A stretch of DNA of 64,000 bases. Origin: Macrostomum lignano (lineage: Eukaryota). A program made the translations under genes and the position numbers. The notes beneath the pieces are model-generated. The model saw nothing but the letters and a program-made list of their open reading frames with translations, was not told where the DNA came from and made no database searches. Below, one piece after another: positions 13,501-24,517 of this stretch (its first letter is position 1; each line of letters starts with the position of its first letter). Location of the stretch: assembly GCA_002269645.1 (NCBI GenBank), contig NIVC01000462.1, forward strand, positions 525,516-589,515, read 5' to 3'.

Positions 13501-14022
13501 TCGAAGAGATTCGGCGAAAGGAGACATTGAAGAAGGAGTTCATGTGCGCTCAGCAGCAGCAGCTGGTATTTTGTGGACTCGTGGACGAAATGACCGACGA
13601 CGCACTTTTTCTAGAATCATTCACCCACCTCACAACATGCACCCATGGACATGATGTGAAGACAGGATTGTCTAAAGCGTTCTTCAACTGCATGATGAAG
13701 AACCTGGCTAAGGAAGTTTCTGGCGATTCGGAGCGCGGAAGGAAGCGGAAGATTGCGAAGCTCTCCAGTCAGTCTGCCGATTCCTACTAATAATTAACTG
13801 CGGATTCGCCTCGGTTTCAGATTAAGTGGCTTGTCAGAAATGCTTTTGCTTTTTCCACTGTTGCAAAGTGTTTTTTTCAGTTGTGCACGTATCTATTTAT
13901 CTATTTATGTGATTTGTGTTAGCAATTCATGCCCCTCTGCAGAAAAGCTGTGTAGGAAACTAATGCCCCTTGTGGTATGGGTTATTTTTAGCCTTCCAGT
14001 CCAGTTGCTTATAATCCCGGGG
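10580..14022 (+). mobile_element. P-element superfamily (THAP-domain) DNA transposon, apparently autonomous
   Basis: Perfect 31-bp IR CCCCGGGATTATAAGCAACTGGACTGGAAGG at 10580-10610 and 13992-14022. Subterminal IR ATACCACA.GGGG near 10634 and 13970. Encloses an intact transposase gene. No TSD found. Confidence 0.88.
10908..13790 (+). CDS. P-element/THAP9-like transposase, 932 aa; exons 10908-12797 and 12882-13790
   Basis: N-terminal THAP C2CH finger (CSAYGC...W...CSRHF...AVPSIF). Catalytic-type motifs AIDEIY, VDNAAVN, FDPVHNLKN and QSDCIESRFGWLRQ. GAG/GTAAGG donor, TTGCAG acceptor, phase 0. Basic C-terminus RGRKRK. Confidence 0.93.
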
Positions 14023-14028
14023 TCCGCG

Positions 14029-17000
14029 CAAGGGGCCACGCGAGGATAGAGTGGAGGAGCAGAGATGTGTATGGACAGAGAGCAGGCCACGCGTGCGTAG
14101 TGTGAGGGAACAGAAACATATGGAGCAGGAGGGAGATAGGAAGCAAACGCGCAGGGTAAGGGAGCCACACAGGGCGGTACAGTGAGACACGGGCAGGGGT
14201 GGAGCCGTGCGTGGACAGAGCTGAACGGCATGGTCAGCTGCAGGAATAGGATGATAGAGAGGCGCGGATAGGAGGGACAGAGAGCAGTGTGCAGGGGTAG
14301 GCAGCCACGCTGGCAGGGGAACAGAGGCGCGTGTAGCCAGTTGCAGCCCGGGACAGAGAAGTGTGAAGGGGGCCTGGGACAGAGTTCCGAGCAAGGCACA
14401 GAGAGGTAGGGTCCGGTAGCCATGTATAGACAGGGACCCACGCGAGGGCAGGACAGGGGAGCAGACATGCAAGTTGCATGCAAGGTCAGAGAGGTGTGCG
14501 CGGAGGGAGACAGAGAGCAGTGTGTAGGGGTAGGTAACAGCAAAATTTAGTAGAGGTGCGTGCAGGGACGGAGAAACCAGTCTGAGCGTACAGAGACGTT
14601 ACAGAGAGGTACACAAACAGAGAACAAAGCGAGCAGAGCACATGTGTAGGCGCAGAGACGTGAGGGAGAATCGACCAAAACACGCTATGTATTATCAAAA
14701 GTTGGTTTTAGTGCAGCATATTTAATAGTGGGTAGTATAATAGTATGTACACAGTAGGTATAATAGTAGTAATAATAGTAAGTATATTAGCCCAAAAGGT
14801 AGGCTAAAACAGGCTAAACTGTGTGTACGCATCCTCATCACCCCACAAGCCCCCTCTCCCGCCAGACTCACTCTTCCAAACCCTCCTGTATTGCTGTATG
14901 AAGGAAAATATAGTGTAAAAATACAGATCTTAACCGTCAGACCGCTGAAATCAGGGCACACTAGAGGGGGTTTCGGGGTCTGCATGCTCTATGTAAGCTG
15001 CTTGAGGAGGTTCCAAGGGCGTTAGGAGGGTTTCCATTATGTTTTGAAAAAAAACTAGGGGCTTAAATACAACGTTTTATTCAAAAAGTAGGTTATTTTA
15101 ATGAAATAGCGGACACAATCATTGTCGAGAGTAGAATTTTTTATAAGAAACCAGGCATTTTAGCAAAAATAAACCTTCAAACCACATAAAATTGAATAAA
15201 AAGCAGACATTTTCAATTATAAACCGCAAGTATTTTAATAGAAAAGTAAGCAAACAAGGCACAAAAGCAGCAAATTTTACCTTTTTTATTTTAATGTTAC
15301 TGATAAGGTAGAGAGTAGAAACTTGTGAGCTGTACGGAGTTAGAAAGTATCAACCAATATGTATCGTATAAATTATTAGTTCAGTACCAGCCATTGGTCA
15401 AGCGAGCATTTATGAAGTTATTACGAGTGATGAAGGGATAGAGAGCTATATACAGGAAGACAGTATCCTTCTAAACCACCACGAACAGATTGCTAATAGA
15501 GATAAGCTTTGTTGGTATGCAGTATGAGTAAGCGAAGGCGGGGTAAATACTTTTCCACATGCCAGACAGAACAGTATTGTGCTAGGATTTCTCTCGAAAT
15601 CGCGGTACGTTATTAGTTTTTATCACACCATCCAGATGCGTCAACTGGTCAGCAGTAGTCATTTATATGTTATTAGAACTTACAAACCCAGGTCAGGTAA
15701 ATATTACAAAGAGTATATTACGTACACACGCCAACTCCGAATACCAAGCCATACTAGTCTACTTGCAGTGCTCCTGGAGGGAAGGGACGGTGAAGAGTTA
15801 CACACCAAGAATGCATTCACACAAACAGTACACCACTCGAGCCCCGTCCATGCGCCCCGATATGTATGACGCAGGCAACCCTCTCGACATGTATGCCGCA
15901 GGCGACCCTCCCGACATGTACCCCACAGGCCCTCGAAATGTACGCCGCGGGCGCCCCCTCCCGAGCCGAAGGTACACTCTTCCAATATGAGTGTACACTC
16001 TCCCAATACAAGTGTACACTCTCCCAATATGAATGTACACTCTCCCGATATGAGTGTACACTCTCCCGATATGTGTGTACATCGATTTGTAGTCAACAAT
16101 ACCTATTAACACAAAATTAGGCTAGTGAAAACTACTTATAGTAGGTGAAATTGCGTATATTTACATAAAAAGTAAGCAAAACACATATTAATCACATCAG
16201 TAGGTGTAAATATCGGTGCATAATACATATTACGAAACATATAGGTGTACGGACATATAGAATTAAGCATATGGGCAGCAAAAAACACACAATGTAGGTG
16301 CATTTTATCGATATTTTGGCAGAAAAGTAGGTGAAATAGACAAAATAGTAGGTATAATACACAGAACCTACTCATTAGTGTAGTAGGCGCTTGTAGATGC
16401 TAGTATATTGTAAAACATAGGTTGAAATACACATACGCACAGTAGATACAATTATAATGCAGGTGCATATGCACACACTATAGATTCGAATTATGTAGAT
16501 GCATAGGCTAAAATACACACATCGTAGAGGTAGAAGCAGGCATAATGCAGGAAAATTATGATACATATTAGTGCGTAAAGTATCATATTATGACACGCTG
16601 TAGCACATATTGACATAATGCAGGGGAAATATTGACAGAAATAGTGCACAATTGTAGAGGTAACAACCCGCCAACTATAGTAAGGGCATCCAGCACTTGT
16701 TCGGGTTATTATTATTTCGAGACGAGTGTCATGCCCCGCAAGAGATCTTATCAGAAATTTGTTGAACTCCACTGCAACTCTCCCCAGAGCCTCCAAATGC
16801 GAGTTTTTAACCCAAGGTCGAGTACAAAGGGCCCGCCCACTCTTAACCCCAAGGGGTGATCCTAGCGGAGACCAAGTACAGTGCGGACGGAGAGGGGTAA
16901 CAGAAAGCGCTGCATCAGACCGCGGGGCTGCATTCCTCCCCCGAGGTAGGCGCGTCAGCTCCCACTCCTCATTTAACCATCAAGTAAACTAAAGAAGTCA

Positions 17001-20000
17001 AGCAGAAAGCCTTACAATCACTCGCAACCAGCACAAGTAAGAGTACTTTCCACTAGAGAGCCATAGTGCAAGATTCGCGAGCCAAGTTGAAGAAGCACAC
17101 CAAATTACACTAAAGACATATGTATTAAAAAGCATACCGGCACCTCTACAAAAACACAGTATGTACCGATTAAAGTTGCTTTTGGTGCAGTGTATTTAAT
17201 AAAAAGCAGGTACCTAACACAAAAGTAGGCATCAATGCAGTGCACGGGCTAAACTGTATTTACAAACGCAGGGCAACGAACTACACACAATGTAGCGCAT
17301 AGACATAATTGTACGCATAAATGTACGCAATTTCCGGTATATAGGACCACATGTACGCAAATGTACACAATGTACACAAACACACACACACACTCAGGCG
17401 TATTCACAGCAAGAGCTTCCTGCCGATGGCGCCATCGCCTGCGGCGATCGGTGCTGCAGGATGCGCTGCAGGATGCGCCTGAGTGTGTGTGTGTGTGTTT
17501 GTGTACATTGTGTACATTTGCGTACATGTGGTCCTATATACCGGAAATTGCGTACATTTATGCGTACAATTATGTCTATGCGCTACATTGTGTGTAGTTC
17601 GTTGCCCTGCGTTTGTAAATACAGTTTAGCCCGTGCACTGCATTGATGCCTACTTTTGTGTTAGGTACCTGCTTTTTATTAAATACACTGCACCAAAAGC
17701 AACTTTAATCGGTACATACTGTGTTTTTGTAGAGGTGCCGGTATGCTTTTTAATACATATGTCTTTAGTGTAATTTGGTGTGCTTCTTCAACTTGGCTCG
17801 CGAATCTTGCACTATGGCTCTCTAGTGGAAAGTACTCTTACTTGTGCTGGTTGCGAGTGATTGTAAGGCTTTCTGCTTGACTTCTTTAGTTTACTTGATG
17901 GTTAAATGAGGAGTGGGAGCTGACGCGCCTACCTCGGGGAGGAATGCAGCCCCGCGGTCTGATGCAGCGCTTTCTGTTACCCCTCTCCGTCCGCACTGTA
18001 CTTGGTCTCCGCTAGGATCACCCCTTGGGGTTAAGAGTGGGCGGGCCCTTTGTACTCGACCTTGGGTTAAAAACTCGCATTTGGAGGCTCTGGGGAGAGT
18101 TGCAGTGGAGTTCAACAAATTTCTGATAAGATCTCTTGCGGGGGCATGACACTCGTCTCGAAATAATAATAACCCGAACAAGTGCTGGATGCCCTTACTA
18201 TAGTTGGCGGGTTGTTACCTCTACAATTGTGCACTATTTCTGTCAATATTTCCCCTGCATTATGTCAATATGTGCTACAGCGTGTCATAATATGATACTT
18301 TACGCACTAATATGTATCATAATTTTCCTGCATTATGCCTGCTTCTACCTCTACGATGTGTGTATTTTAGCCTATGCATCTACATAATTCGAATCTATAG
18401 TGTGTGCATATGCACCTGCATTATAATTGTATCTACTGTGCGTATGTGTATTTCAACCTATGTTTTACAATATACTAGCATCTACAAGCGCCTACTACAC
18501 TAATGAGTAGGTTCTGTGTATTATACCTACTATTTTGTCTATTTCACCTACTTTTCTGCCAAAATATCGATAAAATGCACCTACATTGTGTGTTTTTTGC
18601 TGCCCATATGCTTAATTCTATATGTCCGTACACCTATATGTTTCGTAATATGTATTATGCACCGATATTTACACCTACTGATGTGATTAATATGTGTTTT
18701 GCTTACTTTTTATGTAAATATACGCAATTTCACCTACTATAAGTAGTTTTCACTAGCCTAATTTTGTGTTAATAGGTATTGTTGACTACAAATCGATGTA
18801 CACACATATCGGGAGAGTGTACACTCATATCGGGAGAGTGTACATTCATATTGGGAGAGTGTACACTTGTATTGGGAGAGTGTACACTCATATTGGAAGA
18901 GTGTACCTTCGGCTCGGGAGGGGGCGCCCGCGGCGTACATTTCGAGGCCTGTGGGGTACATGTCGGGGGTCGCCTGCGGCATACATGTCGAGAGGGTTGC
19001 CTGCGTCATACATATCGGGGCGCATGGACGGGGCTCGAGTGGTGTACTGTTTGTGTGAATGCATTCTTGGTGTGTAACTCTTCACCGTCCCTTCCCTCCA
19101 GGAGCACTGCAAGTAGACTAGTATGGCTTGGTATTCGGAGTTGGCGTGTGTACGTAATATACTCTTTGTAATATTTACCTGACCTGGGTTTGTAAGTTCT
19201 AATAACATATAAATGACTACTGCTGACCAGTTGACGCATCTGGATGGTGTGATAAAAACTAATAACGTACCGCGATTTCGAGAGAAATCCTAGCACAATA
19301 CTGTTCTGTCTGGCATGTGGAAAAGTATTTACCCCGCCTTCGCTTACTCATACTGCATACCAACAAAGCTTATCTCTATTAGCAATCTGTTCGTGGTGGT
19401 TTAGAAGGATACTGTCTTCCTGTATATAGCTCTCTATCCCTTCATCACTCGTAATAACTTCATAAATGCTCGCTTGACCAATGGCTGGTACTGAACTAAT
19501 AATTTATACGATACATATTGGTTGATACTTTCTAACTCCGTACAGCTCACAAGTTTCTACTCTCTACCTTATCAGTAACATTAAAATAAAAAAGGTAAAA
19601 TTTGCTGCTTTTGTGCCTTGTTTGCTTACTTTTCTATTAAAATACTTGCGGTTTATAATTGAAAATGTCTGCTTTTTATTCAATTTTATGTGGTTTGAAG
19701 GTTTATTTTTGCTAAAATGCCTGGTTTCTTATAAAAAATTCTACTCTCGACAATGATTGTGTCCGCTATTTCATTAAAATAACCTACTTTTTGAATAAAA
19801 CGTTGTATTTAAGCCCCTAGTTTTTTTCAAAACATAATGGAAACCCTCCTAACGCCCTTGGAACCTCCTCAAGCAGCTTACATAGAGCATGCAGACCCCG
19901 AAACCCCCTCTAGTGTGCCCTGATTTCAGCGGTCTGACGGTTAAGATCTGTATTTTTACACTATATTTTCCTTCATACAGCAATACAGGAGGGTTTGGAA

Positions 20001-20845
20001 GAGTGAGTCTGGCGGGAGAGGGGGCTTGTGGGGTGATGAGGATGCGTACACACAGTTTAGCCTGTTTTAGCCTACCTTTTGGGCTAATATACTTACTATT
20101 ATTACTACTATTATACCTACTGTGTACATACTATTATACTACCCACTATTAAATATGCTGCACTAAAACCAACTTTTGATAATACATAGCGTGTTTTGGT
20201 CGATTCTCCCTCACGTCTCTGCGCCTACACATGTGCTCTGCTCGCTTTGTTCTCTGTTTGTGTACCTCTCTGTAACGTCTCTGTACGCTCAGACTGGTTT
20301 CTCCGTCCCTGCACGCACCTCTACTAAATTTTGCTGTTACCTACCCCTACACACTGCTCTCTGTCTCCCTCCGCGCACACCTCTCTGACCTTGCATGCAA
20401 CTTGCATGTCTACTCCCCTGTCCTGCCCTCGCGTGGGTCCCTGTCTATACATGGCTACCGGACCCTACCTCTCTGTGCCTTGCTCGGAACTCTGTCCCAG
20501 GCCCCCCTTCACACTTCTCTGTCCCGGGCTGCAACTGGCTACACGCGCCTCTGTTCCCTGCCAGCGTGGCTGCCTACCCCTGCACACTGCTCTCTGTCCC
20601 TCCTATCCGCGCCTCTCTATCATCCTATTCCTGCAGCTGACCATGCCGTTCAGCTCTGTCCACGCACGGCTCCACCCCTGCCCGTGTCTCACTGTACCGC
20701 CCTGTGTGGCTCCCTTACCCTGCGCGTTTGCTTCCTATCTCCCTCCTGCTCCATATGTTTCTGTTCCCTCACACTACGCACGCGTGGCCTGCTCTCTGTC
20801 CATACACATCTCTGCTCCTCCACTCTATCCTCGCGTGGCCCCTTG
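14029..20845. repeat. Giant palindrome: arms 14029-17400 and 17476-20845 (about 3.37 kb each), 75-bp spacer
   Basis: The ORF track shows mirrored identical ORFs (e.g. 14722..14985 minus vs 19889..20152 plus; 16136..16375 minus vs 18503..18742 plus). Arms differ by several homopolymer indels and at least one substitution. Confidence 0.95.
18790..18900. repeat. 21-bp direct repeats (CATATCGGGAGAGTGTACACT), about 5 copies; mirrored at about 15975-16075, with a further degenerate cluster at 21360-21500
   Basis: Read directly from the sequence. Each cluster is followed by CGCCTGCGGC motifs. Confidence 0.85.
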
Positions 20846-22541
20846 ACTGTTCGCATGCCCCTGCATACCCTGCCTGCCTCTCTGTCCCCTGCAACTGGGG
20901 AGGGAGCTCTCTATCCTCTGTACGGCTCTCTCTGTGAGGGTGTGTGTGACTCACACTGTCTCTCTGTCCTAGCATGCGCCTCTCTATCCGGCTCCTGCAG
21001 CAGGCTGTGTTATTCACATCTCTTTCCACCCACCCTCTGCCCGTACACGCTCACTGTACAGGGCTGCGTCAGCATCGGGGTTAAAACTTCTCGCTCCCTA
21101 TGCTTCAACAGTATAACAACCTAGTGGCTGGTTCTCTGTCCGCCCCACCCCTCTCTGCCCGTACCCGCTCACTGTACAGGGCTGCGTCAGCATCAGGGTT
21201 AAAACTTCTCGCTCCCTATACCCCCAAACCGTGTAGTGGCCTAGTATGGGCGCGACCTGGGTTCGATTTCGCTAGTTGAGATGTGGGTGAGAGAGGGGAA
21301 GAGGCTAGGTGGGGCAGGGCGTGAGGTATAGGGTGCCTGCGGGGTACGTATCGTTGACTACATATCGGGAGAGTGTACACCTGTATTGGGTGAGTGTACA
21401 CCCATATCGGGAGAGTGGGAGAGTGTACATATCGGGAGAGTGTACTAGGGAGAGTGTACTGGGGAGAGTGTACCTTTGGCTCGGGAGAGTGTACACTCGG
21501 GGCGCCTGCGGCATGGGCGTCTGCGGCTCAGGAGGGTGCGCTTGGGATCTGATTGATTTGGGATCTGATTGATTTGGGATCTGATTGATTTATTGGGATC
21601 TAATATCGGGAGGGTGCGCCTGCGGCTGGAAGGCGCTTGGCGCCACGCGCCTGCGGCGCGCGCGCGCCGAGCGCCGATATCGATACGGGTATCGATCACC
21701 TAGTGATCGGGGCGCCAGCCAATGAGAGGCGAGGAGGGTTGACACCCACCCCACCTCCAAAATCAACCCTTACGCCGGCCCTTAGTAGTTGCCTGTGTAT
21801 TCCCCACACCACTCGCCAATTTTTCATCTCAATTCTTTCCATTCGACTTTCACACAGAAAAGTCCTCATCTCGCTTCAATTCATCACATTACGTCTGCAG
21901 TAGCATTGTGAAAAGCATTGACTCAAAGCTTTTTAAGTACTATTTGAAACTCTTGAATGCGATTTTAGTGAGGTATGGCTGGCCTCACAAAATACACCTC
22001 GTCGCCTTCTATTTGATCCCAGCAAAGTTCAGATTTCGGAAATTAAATCAGGAAATTTGCTTCTTTTTGGTATCAATTTGGTTTATTTCACAAGAATCAA
22101 ACTAAAAACAATCAGTCACGCATGCCTTCTCTGATCCTCTCTCCGTCCAGCAGACTTATTTTATCGTATGGTTTTGTCTGCACCATGTCTGAGAAGAAAG
22201 CAGCTTGTCAATTTCAATGTAATTGGAGAAAAAACTTTAGATAAAAGAAACTTCTGAAGCTTACTTATGTAGCAGTTTTCTATAAAATTCGTGAAGTTAC
22301 ATTCGAATTGCAGTTTTCAAGGCTCTAGTAGCAGTAATCACACGATAAATATTTTGAAAAAAAGGAGAGAACAGTCAATCTATATCCTCTTTAAAGTACA
22401 CTCATTTCCTAATCAAAAGCTTATTTTTAAATCCTATTTCAGCACAAAACCGGTAATCTTCACTTCGACATGAAAAAATAAGCAAGACGTTTTGGCTTCT
22501 TTTTCACATCGGATCGATAGCCTGGCAGGATCAAAAGTCAG

Positions 22542-23224
22542 TCAGCCGCGCACAAAGTAGTCTCCATCGATGCTGCTCAGACTGGCAGGCGGGTAGGCGA
22601 ACCTCAGCAGGTGGCACAGGCGCTGCTGGCCAGAGAAAACCACAGCCTGGCAGGCAGCTGAGGCCTCGCACAGCATCAAAAACTCGGCCTTGATTTTGGC
22701 AGCGCTGGTCCAGTAGGTGCTCTGGGTGGACTCGACCGTCTGGTTGGGCATCTGCAACTGCTCAAAATACTTTTTATCTACAAAAATTCAATTCTGGCTT
22801 TTACCGAATGCACCAAATTTAGTTTGAATAGTCTAACAAAAATGTTTTAGAAGAGACCTGACTCAAAAGCTCACCTGAATAGGCCAAAGCGAACACGGAG
22901 TAGCGCCACGGGCCTCCGCATTTAGAAGCTCCGCTCCCAGCGCAGACGCTGTTGCAGTCGGTCTCGCTAGCAGCTCCAAGAGACCCATAGGAGTTTCCGC
23001 AGAAACAAAACTGACTGACCTGCTCACCGATGTACGGGAAACCGCCCAGTGAGCAGAAGCTGCTGCAGAGCTCGTGCGTCATATTGACACTGCTCAGTGC
23101 GTTTTCGAGAGTATCGATGCTGAACTGTCCAATTCTGCTCACACCAATGAGTCCTTTCAGATCTGTAGCTGCATTGTCTATAAAGCAGCCAATATAGGAC
23201 ATCTGAGTTACTCTGCCGGCAGCA
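22542..23224 (-). pseudogene. G2: WSC-PAN gene lacking its signal peptide; exons about 23224-22875 and 22777-22542
   Basis: Homology to paralogs begins at AAGRVTQMSYIGC. Immediately upstream is an in-frame TAA and unrelated sequence. WSC and PAN exons are open and end YFVRG*. Could initiate at Met 23202. Confidence 0.7.
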
Positions 23225-23789
23225 ATTTACCTCCATGCCGCCTGGCCTGATCCGTCCAAGTAGCCTCTTGCACCATCGTTGACAGACCACATCATCCGAG
23301 TCGTACTGTCCGTAGCCGTTGTAGGAGGTGCTGCGGTGCTGCAGTGCCCGGGGTTTCCTTGTCAAGTTTTTTCTAGGCATCCATCATCTCTTACCTCCCT
23401 TACCTTTGGTTTTTCCACGGGCTATTTCTGTACACTCTAACTTTATTATAACATTGTTCACTCTTAAAATACACGAAATTTAGGAGCTAAGCGCAATTTA
23501 AAGATGGCATGCAACTGTAAATCAACTGACCTGCACTTTAGGGTTGGGGTCAGGGATAACTGACCCCGTATGGTTTTATGTGGGTTGTCAATCTAGTCTA
23601 CTCACCGATGGTCTCGATAACTTTATGAAATTATTTTAATAATGTATTTTTAATGCTAGATAGGTTACTATGAGCAGTACCCTGAGCACATTACGAAATA
23701 TCTGATTACGCAAAAATCTTTCCTAAAAAACGACTATAAAAGCCCTAGGAGGAAACACTTCCTAGCAGCTCCCTTCCGCCAAGCCCAAA

Positions 23790-24517
23790 ATGCTCAAGAC
23801 GATTTCATTTTTTACAAACTTTGCTGTTCTGGTTGTTAGCATTTCTGGTAGGGCAACTCAAGTGTCCTACATTGGCTGCTATGTGGACAATGAGACCAGA
23901 GATCTGAGAGGACTCACTGGAGTGAGCAGAATCGGTCAGTTCAGCATCGGCAGCCTCATGCTGAGCAGCCTTAACATGACACACGAGCTCTGTAGCAGCG
24001 TCTGCTCTCTGGGCGGCTTCCCGTACTTCAGTGTGCAGGCCAATTATCATTGTTTCTGCGGCAGCTCCTACGGGTCTCTCGGAACTGCAAACGAGACCGA
24101 CTGCAACGGCGTCTGCGGTGGAAACGGAGCTCAAATGTGCGGAGCCTCGTGGCGAAACTCAGTCTTCGCCCTAACCTACCCGGGTGAGTGAGTGTGAGCA
24201 GTTCTGATTTTGCCTCTATGTTTTCAGCGTCTTTAAGTAGAATTTATGATCAACTCTAACAGAAATTTTCTACACTTTCAGATATAAAGTATTTTGAGCA
24301 GACGCAGATGCCAAACCAGACGGTGGAGTCCACCCAGAGCACCTACTGGACCAGCGCTGCCAAAATCAAGGCCGAGTGCTTGATGATGTGCGAGGCCTCA
24401 GCTGACTGCCAGGCTGTGATTTTCTCTGGCCAGCAGCGCCTGTGCCACCTGCTGAGGTTCGCCTACCCGCCTGCCAGTCTGAGCAGCACCGATGGAGACT
24501 TCTTCGTGCGCGGCTGA
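23790..24517 (+). CDS. G3: intact secreted WSC-PAN protein; exons 23790-24183 and 24282-24517
   Basis: Hydrophobic leader, then YIGCYVDNETRDL...MTHELCSSVCSLGGFPYFSVQANYHCFCG...DCNGVCGGNGAQMCG. Donor G/GTGAGT, acceptor TTTCAG. Ends FFVRG*. Confidence 0.9.

Noticed and set aside
10580-14022. Assignment to Kolobok or piggyBac (THAP domain, CCC ends)
   Set aside because: There is no TTAA target site, and the catalytic region motifs match P/THAP9-type transposases.
17401-17475. Spacer as a leftover sequencing hairpin adapter
   Set aside because: It does not resemble the SMRTbell adapter as I recall it, and it shares CGCCTGCGGC motifs with the element itself. An artefactual origin of the palindrome is still not excluded.
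13905-21124. ORFs within the palindrome arms
   Set aside because: They are low-complexity, have no motifs, and their frames differ between arms at indels.
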